Assembly (NCBI GenBank): GCA_043799675.1
Contig: JAZDNN010000008.1
Location: 1-22,583 of the forward strand
Origin: Candidatus Aenigmatarchaeota archaeon
GTDB taxonomy: Archaea > Aenigmatarchaeota > Aenigmatarchaeia > Aenigmatarchaeales > JACQIB01
Reading direction: 5' to 3'
DNA length: 22,583 nt
The translations under genes were made by a program, and so were the position numbers. This document shows positions 16,511 to 22,583 of the stretch, piece by piece (position 1 is the stretch's first letter; each line of letters begins with the position of its first letter). Under the pieces are notes generated by a model. That model did no database searches, had not been told where the DNA came from, and saw only the letters and a program-made list of their open reading frames with translations.

Positions 16511-17406
16511 TTATGGGAGAACAGGAATCGCACAAGCGGAGCCTTCCGAGAGAGCCGACCGCGCAGGAAACGGCGCAGAAACAGTCGATAAGCGAGACCG
16601 ATAACATCCTGCCGGCTGAGGTGGTGGAAGCCGCGAAGAAGGCGGAAGAAGCGGTAGTATTGACAAGCAAGCCCGGCATCCAGATGGGCGAGTGGAACCC
16701 GCGGACGCAGCTCGGGAAGGACGTGCTTGCCGGGAAGATAACCAGCATCGACCAGCTGTTCGAGGACGGGGTGAAGATAACCGAGCCGGGGATAGTTGAC
16801 GCACTGCTGCCCGGGCTCGCGCATGAAATAATTCTCATCGGAGGAAGCGGTGGAAAGGGCGGAGGGGTCAGGAGAACACCGTCAAGAAGGACATCAAGGA
16901 TGCACAAGAGCGGAAGACGATACAAGGTCTCGGCGATGGTGGTGGTCGGCAACGGCAACGGTTACGTCGGCATGGGTTATGCGCGCGGCATGCCGGGAAG
17001 ACACAAGGAAATAATAGAAAAGGCGCTGGTGAAGGCGAAGCTCAATCTCATACCGGTCATGCGCGGCTGCGGCAGCTGGGAATGCAGGGACGCCAGTCCT
17101 CATAGCATACCGTTCGCAGTCACCGGGAAGTCCGGCTCGGTGAAGATAACGTTCATGCCGGCGCCGCGCGGACTCGGTCTTGTGGTTTCGGATGAAGTGA
17201 AGAAGGTGCTCAGGCTGGCGGGGGTCGAAGACGTCTGGGCGAAGAGCAGGGGCCAGACCAGCAGCAGGGTCAACACCATTCATGCCGTATTCGACGCGTT
17301 CGGCAAGCTCAACAGGCTGAGGCTTTCCGAGGAATCCAAGCAGTCCGTCGGACTGAGGGTCGGAAGGGTCGGCCTGGGCTCGCCGCTGGTGAAGGGTGGT
17401 CAGTGA
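16507..17406 (+). CDS. rps5: 30S ribosomal protein S5 (uS5) with N-terminal extension
   Basis: WNPRTQLGK, RMHKSGRR, VVVGNGNGYVGMG, RGCGSWEC, PAPRGLGLV. Confidence 0.97.
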   Translation: MIMGEQESHKRSLPREPTAQETAQKQSISETDNILPAEVVEAAKKAEEAVVLTSKPGIQMGEWNPRTQLGKDVLAGKITSIDQLFEDGVKITEPGIVDALLPGLAHEIILIGGSGGKGGGVRRTPSRRTSRMHKSGRRYKVSAMVVVGNGNGYVGMGYARGMPGRHKEIIEKALVKAKLNLIPVMRGCGSWECRDASPHSIPFAVTGKSGSVKITFMPAPRGLGLVVSDEVKKVLRLAGVEDVWAKSRGQTSSRVNTIHAVFDAFGKLNRLRLSEESKQSVGLRVGRVGLGSPLVKGGQ

Positions 17407-17834
17407 TGCTCGCAGTGATAAGATTGAGGGGTACGGTCAACATGCGGAAGGACAAAATTGAGACGCTCAGGCTGATGAGGCTGAACAGGAAGATGCATTG
17501 CGTGCTCATACCGGAGAACAAATCATACAAGGGAATGATACAGATGGCGAAGGACTACATCACATGGGGCACGATAAGCGATGCACTTCTCGAGAAACTG
17601 ATTGCCAAGAGGGGAAGGAAGACAGGGGACGTCAGGCTGAATGCGGAGGAAGTCAAGCAGATAATCAATGAGCTCAAGAACGGGGCATCTGCCAATGAGC
17701 TGGGAATAAAGCCGGTGTTCAGGCTGAACCCGCCGAGCGGCGGTTTCAAGCACGGCATCAAGCACGCCTATCCGAAAGGGGAGCTGGGCAACCGGAAGGA
17801 AAAGATCAACGAGCTGCTGGAGAAGATGATTTAG
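17406..17834 (+). CDS. rpl30: 50S ribosomal protein L30 (uL30)
   Basis: AVIRLRG, KDYITWG, FRLNPPSGG, INELLEKMI; GTG at 17403 is an alternative start. Confidence 0.97.
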   Translation: MLAVIRLRGTVNMRKDKIETLRLMRLNRKMHCVLIPENKSYKGMIQMAKDYITWGTISDALLEKLIAKRGRKTGDVRLNAEEVKQIINELKNGASANELGIKPVFRLNPPSGGFKHGIKHAYPKGELGNRKEKINELLEKMI

Positions 17835-18299
17835 ATGGCAACGCTAGGCACGCTCTGTTTCATCGAGAAGGAAGGCAAATACCTGATGCAGCTGAAGAAC
17901 GACAATAAGTTCGGCGGCGGAAGGTGGAACGCGCCCGGCGGAAAGACGAAGGAAAACGAGAGCGTGGAGCAGGGGGTCGTGAGGGAAATCCTGGAAGAGA
18001 CCGGTTTGAAGATAAGAAACGCGAAGAAGCGGGCGGTGCTGAACTTCTTCAACGGGGACGAGTTCGCGTGGGCGGTGCATGTTTTTGCCACAAAGGATTT
18101 CGAGGGAAAGGTCAAGTCCAGCGAAGAAGGGGAACTGAAGTGGATGGACAAGGGCAGCCTTCCGTATGCGCAGATGTGGGAGGACGACAGGCACTGGGTG
18201 CCGCTCGTGACGGAAGGGAAGAACTTTGAGGCAAACTTCCACTTCAAGGAAAACTTCAAGGACATATTCAAGTGGTCGGTCAAACTGGTGAGCATATGA
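17835..18299 (+). CDS. Nudix hydrolase, MTH1/NUDT1-like (8-oxo-dGTPase type)
   Basis: Complete Nudix box G-KTKEN-E-SVEQGVV-REILEETGL; FGGGRWNAPGGK and MWEDDRHWVP resemble MTH1-family signatures; abuts rpl30 and overlaps rpl15 (ATGA). Confidence 0.9.
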   Translation: MATLGTLCFIEKEGKYLMQLKNDNKFGGGRWNAPGGKTKENESVEQGVVREILEETGLKIRNAKKRAVLNFFNGDEFAWAVHVFATKDFEGKVKSSEEGELKWMDKGSLPYAQMWEDDRHWVPLVTEGKNFEANFHFKENFKDIFKWSVKLVSI

Positions 18300-18736
18300 C
18301 AGCAAGATTCCGCAAGAAAGTAAGAAGGATGAGGGGGACCCACACGCACGGCTGGGGCGAGAAGAAGAAGCACCGAGGGGCCGGAAGCAGGGCGGGCAGG
18401 GGAAGGAGCAACTGGCTGTATTCAAAGAGGAGCTATACTTACGCTTACGAGCCCGAGAGGCTCGGCAAGAAGGGATTCACGTTCAAGCCGAAGAAGGAGG
18501 ACATACGCAGCATAAACATAAGGGACATCGAAAGCATGGCCATAAGCAGGAAGAGCAGGGACATTGATGTGGCTTCCCTCGGATTCAACAGGGTGCTCGG
18601 GAACGGGCAGCTCACGATGCCCATCAACGTCAAGGCGCCGCGGATATCGCCCAAGGCAAGGGCGAAGATAGAAGGCGCAGGCGGCAAAGCGGAAGAGACG
18701 GCGCCGAAGAATGAGGGGAAGAAGGAGGGGAAGTAA
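18296..18736 (+). CDS. rpl15: 50S ribosomal protein L15 (uL15)
   Basis: RGTHTHGWGEKKKHRGAGSRAGRG, GKKGF, VLGNG, KIEGAGG. Confidence 0.97.
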   Translation: MTARFRKKVRRMRGTHTHGWGEKKKHRGAGSRAGRGRSNWLYSKRSYTYAYEPERLGKKGFTFKPKKEDIRSINIRDIESMAISRKSRDIDVASLGFNRVLGNGQLTMPINVKAPRISPKARAKIEGAGGKAEETAPKNEGKKEGK

Positions 18737-20394
18737 TGGACGACGTTCCCGTCGCCCAGCCTGCAGGGCCGTCAGGCCAGACACCATCGGCAGAACCGTC
18801 CCATTCGTTATTGCATCCGCAGCACGAGGAGGAACACAAGCCGAAGAAGAGTTTCAAGTTCGATCTTGCGAGCATAGGGACGAGATTCCCGTCGGTGAAG
18901 AAGCCCGAGCTCAAACTGCCGTTCAGGCAGAAACTGGTGTGGACGGGCGCCATACTGGTGCTGTTCTACGTCCTCGGAAGCATCAACGCGTGGGGGATAG
19001 ACGCGAACGCGGTGGCCAGGTTCGATTTTCTTGAAATAATTTTCGGAAGCAAGTTCGGTTCCATAATTACGCTCGGTATCGGACCGATAGTCACCGCCTC
19101 CATCATTCTGCAGCTGCTGGTCGGGGCCAAGATACTGAACTGGGACACCAAGACGTCGGAAGGGAAGGCCAAGTTCATGGGGACGCAGAAACTTCTTGCG
19201 GTCGCGTTCAGCCTCTTTGAGGCAATCGCCTATGTCGTGGCCGGTGCGGTGCCGCCTGCGGCGGGCGGAGGGGCCCCGTTGATGATGGCCGTCATACTTC
19301 AGCTGGCGGCAGGAGGTATACTGATAATTTTCATGGATGAGGTCGTGAGCAAGTGGGGAATAGGCTCCGGAGTCAGCCTGTTCATCGCGGCCGGAGTGGC
19401 AAAGACCATAATCGTCCGCGTGTTCAACCCGCTCACCGCCGCCGGGGCGTGGCCCAGCATCGAGGAGCCGGCTTCCGGCCTGATACCGGGCATGATAGCC
19501 TACATCGCGGCCGGGCAGCCCACTCAGGCGCTCATCAGCCTGTTCCCGCTCCTGGCAACGGGTGCGGTGTTCGTCATAGTACTTTTCGCGCAGGCAATGA
19601 AAATCGAGATACCGATGGCAATAACCATGCCCTACGGCCGTTTCGGTTCCAGGCGCTGGCCGCTGCGTTTCATCTACACCAGCAACATTCCGGTCATCCT
19701 TGTCGCTGCGGTATTGGCCAATGTGCAGGTGGTGGTAAGGACGATGGCGAACCAGGGGATGACCTGGCTCGGGACATACGACCAGCAGGGCTCGCCGCTG
19801 AGCGGGCTCGCCCTTTTCCTGCAAGCGCCGAGCAGCACGAGCCTGATGGTAACATCGGTCATTGCCGGCCTGTTCGCCCTCGGAATAGGGCTGCTGGTGG
19901 CACTCAGGTTCAAGAAGTGGGTGCTGAGGAGCATAGTTGTCAGTTCGATAGCCGGACTTTTCTTAGGTTCGCTCCTGCTCGGGACGTTCGGCCTGCCTCA
20001 GATTACATCGCTGGACGCGTCCAGGGTCGCGGTCCATATGCTGATAATGGTCGTCGGCAGCGTGATTTTCGGAATGTTCTGGGTCCAGACGGCCGGAATG
20101 GACGTCCACAGCGTGGCGGAGCAGTTCAAGTCCAGCTTCCTCAGTATACCCGGCTTCAGACGCGACCCGCGGATAATCGAGTCGGTGCTGCAGCGCTACA
20201 TACCCGCGGTCACGGTGCTGGGCAGCGCGTTCGTGGGATTCCTGGCGGGCTTTGCGGACCTCACCAACGCGATAGGTTCCGGGACAGGAATACTGCTGAC
20301 GGTCATGATAGTGTACCAGCTGTACGAGCAGATAGGGCAGCAGCACGGCTCGGAGCTGCCGCAATGGCTGCAGAAATGGATGGGAGTGGCATGA
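18736..20394 (+). CDS. secY: Preprotein translocase subunit SecY (Sec61alpha), 552 aa, elongated
   Basis: TLGIGPIVTASIILQLL, KWGIGSGVSLFIAAGV, YTSNIPVIL, IPGFRRDPR, GSGTGILLTV. Confidence 0.98.
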   Translation: MDDVPVAQPAGPSGQTPSAEPSHSLLHPQHEEEHKPKKSFKFDLASIGTRFPSVKKPELKLPFRQKLVWTGAILVLFYVLGSINAWGIDANAVARFDFLEIIFGSKFGSIITLGIGPIVTASIILQLLVGAKILNWDTKTSEGKAKFMGTQKLLAVAFSLFEAIAYVVAGAVPPAAGGGAPLMMAVILQLAAGGILIIFMDEVVSKWGIGSGVSLFIAAGVAKTIIVRVFNPLTAAGAWPSIEEPASGLIPGMIAYIAAGQPTQALISLFPLLATGAVFVIVLFAQAMKIEIPMAITMPYGRFGSRRWPLRFIYTSNIPVILVAAVLANVQVVVRTMANQGMTWLGTYDQQGSPLSGLALFLQAPSSTSLMVTSVIAGLFALGIGLLVALRFKKWVLRSIVVSSIAGLFLGSLLLGTFGLPQITSLDASRVAVHMLIMVVGSVIFGMFWVQTAGMDVHSVAEQFKSSFLSIPGFRRDPRIIESVLQRYIPAVTVLGSAFVGFLAGFADLTNAIGSGTGILLTVMIVYQLYEQIGQQHGSELPQWLQKWMGVA

Positions 20395-20479
20395 AACGTT
20401 TTGCCCGTCACCCTCTTGTGAACGGAGTGATATCACATTTTGCCCGTCATGCTGTTTGTAGCGGGGGAATATGAAATGA
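20391..20479 (+). other. Spacer secY-adk with bridging mini-ORF (MKRFARHPLVNGVISHFARHAVCSGGI), 12-bp direct repeat and palindrome
   Basis: ORF 20391-20474 (ATGA overlap with secY); TTTTGCCCGTCA at 20399-20410 and 20438-20449; GTGATATCAC palindrome at 20427-20436. Confidence 0.55.
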
Positions 20480-21132
20480 GGCTTCTTATTTTCGGACCGC
20501 AGGGCAGCGGCAAGGGGACGTATGCCAGCAGGCTGTCGCCGATTCTGGGGATACCGCACATAAGCACAGGCGACCTGTTCAGAGCCGAAATAAAGGCGGG
20601 AACCACCCTCGGAAAACATGTCGAGGGAATAATAAACGCCGGCAACCTCGTGCCGGACGGCACGGTGTTTGACGTGATACGGAAGAGGCTGGCGCAACAT
20701 GATGCCAAGAACGGCTTCATATTCGACGGATTCCCGCGAAACCAAAAACAGGCCGAAGAGCTTGACAGGATGACAAAGATAGATGCGGTCATCAACCTGG
20801 TGGTCCCCGACGAGATACTGATAAAACGGCTGAGCGCAAGGGTCCAGTGCAGGGCCGCCGGGCACATCTACAACCTGCTGACCCTCAAGCCAAAGGTCGG
20901 GGGCAAGTGCGACACCGACGGGAGCGAGCTTTACCAGAGGGACGATGACAAGCCGGATGCCATAAAAAAGAGGCTGAAGCTCTACCGTGAGCAGAGCGCC
21001 CCGCTGCTCGAACACTACAGGAAGAAGGGGCTGGTGATAGACTCGGCGGTCAACGATCTGATGACGCCGCCGGAGGTCGTGGTCGCAAGAATCCTCGCTG
21101 CTTTAAAAGGGTCGGAGGGAAAGAGGCGCTGA
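20476..21132 (+). CDS. adk: Adenylate kinase (bacterial-type, LID-containing)
   Basis: P-loop GPQGSGKGT, HISTGDLFR, FDGFPR, LID region and QRDDD. Confidence 0.97.
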   Translation: MRLLIFGPQGSGKGTYASRLSPILGIPHISTGDLFRAEIKAGTTLGKHVEGIINAGNLVPDGTVFDVIRKRLAQHDAKNGFIFDGFPRNQKQAEELDRMTKIDAVINLVVPDEILIKRLSARVQCRAAGHIYNLLTLKPKVGGKCDTDGSELYQRDDDKPDAIKKRLKLYREQSAPLLEHYRKKGLVIDSAVNDLMTPPEVVVARILAALKGSEGKRR

Positions 21133-21136
21133 GAAC

Positions 21137-21604
21137 ATGTTCGAGTTCATAACCGATGCCGTGGGAGCGTTTTTCAGTCCGCTGCTGGTATTGCCATCAA
21201 TAGTCGTGGTCGCCGGCATGGCGGTCTTCCTTACGGTCGTCAGCACGCTCTGCTACAGGTTCCTGGTCGACCAGAACAAGGTGAGGGAGATAAAGCAGAA
21301 GCTGAAGGAACTGGGGAAGCAGTCAAAGAAGACCGAGCAGCCGGAGGAAGCGAAGGCCGCGATGAGCGAGATGCTCAAACTGCAGAATTCGCAGATGAAG
21401 ATGAACATGAAGCCGATGATAGTCACCCTGCTGATAGTCGCGATGATACTGCCGTGGATGTCGGCAACGTTCAAGGGCGAAGTCGCCGTCCTGCCGATAA
21501 GCCTGCCGTACTTCGGCGCGGATTTCGGCTGGCTGATGTGGTACTTCGTGGTCAGCATACCGGTCACGCAGGTGGCAAGGAAACTGATGGGGGTCGAATC
21601 CTGA
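21137..21604 (+). CDS. DUF106 / EMC3-TMCO1 (Oxa1 superfamily) membrane protein
   Basis: TM, coiled coil, TM, TM layout with MKPMIVT and GWLMWYF motifs; conserved position after secY-adk. Confidence 0.9.
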   Translation: MFEFITDAVGAFFSPLLVLPSIVVVAGMAVFLTVVSTLCYRFLVDQNKVREIKQKLKELGKQSKKTEQPEEAKAAMSEMLKLQNSQMKMNMKPMIVTLLIVAMILPWMSATFKGEVAVLPISLPYFGADFGWLMWYFVVSIPVTQVARKLMGVES

Positions 21605-21629
21605 ACGGATTCATAACGAAGGTGTTCAT

Positions 21630-21914
21630 ATGAGAAGACAATTGCGCTCAAACTCGGTGAAGAAGATGAAGGTCGTCACACCGGGAGGAAGGACGGTCAT
21701 GCATTTCAAGAAGGGGAGGCACAACCATCAGCAATGCGCCAACTGCGGTATCAAGCTCAACAGGGTCACTTTGGACCCCCATCAAATCAGGTCCCTTGCA
21801 AAGAGCTCGAGAAGGCCGGAGAGGCGCTTCCCCGAGCTCTGCGTGAAGTGCAGCCGCGAGATGCTGAAGGTGAAGATGCTTGGCGGCACACTGGAGAAGA
21901 AGGTGTTTGGATGA
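21630..21914 (+). CDS. rpl34e: 50S ribosomal protein L34e (eL34)
   Basis: VTPGGRTVMHF, CANCG, SSRRPER...LCVKC. Confidence 0.95.
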   Translation: MRRQLRSNSVKKMKVVTPGGRTVMHFKKGRHNHQQCANCGIKLNRVTLDPHQIRSLAKSSRRPERRFPELCVKCSREMLKVKMLGGTLEKKVFG

Positions 21915-21976
21915 ATGGCATAAGCAGCGTAGCTGCCAAGAACAGTCTTGGCCGGCGAAGCCGGCAGGTGTTATGA
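21911..21976 (+). repeat. Intergenic double-hairpin element, copy 6 (L34e-L14e); mini-ORF MNGISSVAAKNSLGRRSRQVL
   Basis: ATG aatggcat AA GCAGC-gta-GCTGC CAA gaacagtc TTG GCCGGC-gaa-GCCGGC AGGTG TTA TGA; ATGA overlaps at both ends. Confidence 0.8.
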
Positions 21977-21978
21977 AC

Positions 21979-22326
21979 ATGGCTGTGATTGAACCCGGAA
22001 GGATAGTGATGAAGATAGCGGGCCGCGAGGGCGGGCGCTATGCAGTGGTGCTGGAAATACCGAAGGACAGCTTTGTCCTGATAACCGGCCCGAAAAGCAT
22101 AACCGGAATAAAGCGGAGGAAATGCTCAATCTTCCATCTGGAGCCCACGGAGCACATGCTCCAGGCAGGGACGGACGAACAACTCGAGAGGGCGTGGAAA
22201 AGCTCCGGTCTCATGGAAAAGCTCGGGATAATCGTGCCCCAGAAAAGGAAGCAGGCGACCGAAAACAAGCCCAGACCGAAGGCGGTCAGGAAGGCAAGGG
22301 CCAAGCCCGAGAAAAGACAGAAGTGA
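21979..22326 (+). CDS. rpl14e: 50S ribosomal protein L14e (eL14) with basic C-terminal tail
   Basis: IEPGRIVMKIAGREGGRYAVV, FVLITGPKSITGIKRRKCSIFHLEPT; alternative ATG at 21973. Confidence 0.95.
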   Translation: MAVIEPGRIVMKIAGREGGRYAVVLEIPKDSFVLITGPKSITGIKRRKCSIFHLEPTEHMLQAGTDEQLERAWKSSGLMEKLGIIVPQKRKQATENKPRPKAVRKARAKPEKRQK

Positions 22327-22384
22327 CTTAAATAGCATACCGCCTGCTGCAATCCTGATGCCGCGACCGATATTTCGGAACATG

Positions 22385-22392
22385 TTTATATA
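22385..22392 (+). promoter_or_regulatory. TATA box for the downstream gene
   Basis: TTTATATA followed by GGAGG SD (22431-22435) and ATG 22445. Confidence 0.65.
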
Positions 22393-22444
22393 CGCGTTTT
22401 ACAATATCCATCAGACGAGAACAAACCAATGGAGGTCGTAAGAT

Positions 22445-22583
22445 ATGAACAAGAAACCGATCCTGCTGGCCGTATTGCTGGCCTTGGCCATCGTAGTGGC
22501 TTATGCCGGTTTTATCGCCAGCATGCCTGCAATCAAGCCGCCCGTCGGCGCGAACCTCGAAGTGACCGGACCCGTTGCACCGA
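22445..22583 (+). CDS. Secreted or membrane-anchored hypothetical protein, 3'-truncated
   Basis: MNKKPILLAVLLALAIVVAYAGFIASMPAIKPPVG... has a basic N-terminus and hydrophobic stretch (signal peptide or anchor); good SD and TATA. Confidence 0.75.
   Translation, partial: MNKKPILLAVLLALAIVVAYAGFIASMPAIKPPVGANLEVTGPVAP

Noticed and set aside
7349..21015. Long antisense or alternative-frame ORFs (e.g. 7349..8464 -, 11633..12460 -, 18808..19824 -, 19353..20474 +, 19963..21015 -)
   Set aside because: Shadow ORFs of GC-rich, strongly biased r-protein and secY genes; no recognisable motifs.
9650..21976. CRISPR array interpretation of the repeats
   Set aside because: Copies are separated by whole genes, not by 30-40-nt spacers; they are degenerate and no cas1/cas2 is present.

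Overview
Archaeal genomic window with two parts; the organism is probably DPANN-like, which is an inference from the divergent r-proteins, the bacterial-type adk and the absence of rnp1 and cmk. (1) Positions 1-6300 are an accessory region. It holds two unknown ORFs and a ~770-aa family-B DNA polymerase homolog with apparently intact 3'-5' exonuclease motifs but degenerate polymerase motifs. That gene is transcribed divergently, across a 51-bp gap, from an unknown gene and a Cas4-like PD-(D/E)XK nuclease, followed by a small 4-Cys protein. (2) Positions 6413-22326 are the archaeal S10/spc ribosomal-protein superoperon (L3 ... secY, adk, DUF106, L34e, L14e), with an MTH1-like Nudix gene inserted between L30 and L15. 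The most striking unexplained feature is in the operon's spacers. Six contain copies of a ~60-nt element made of two covarying hairpins followed by the Shine-Dalgarno site of the next gene. All nine spacers longer than ~50 nt are spanned by a 16-27-codon mini-ORF running from near the upstream stop to the downstream start. The aIF1/SUI1 gene appears to start at a non-canonical CTG codon.
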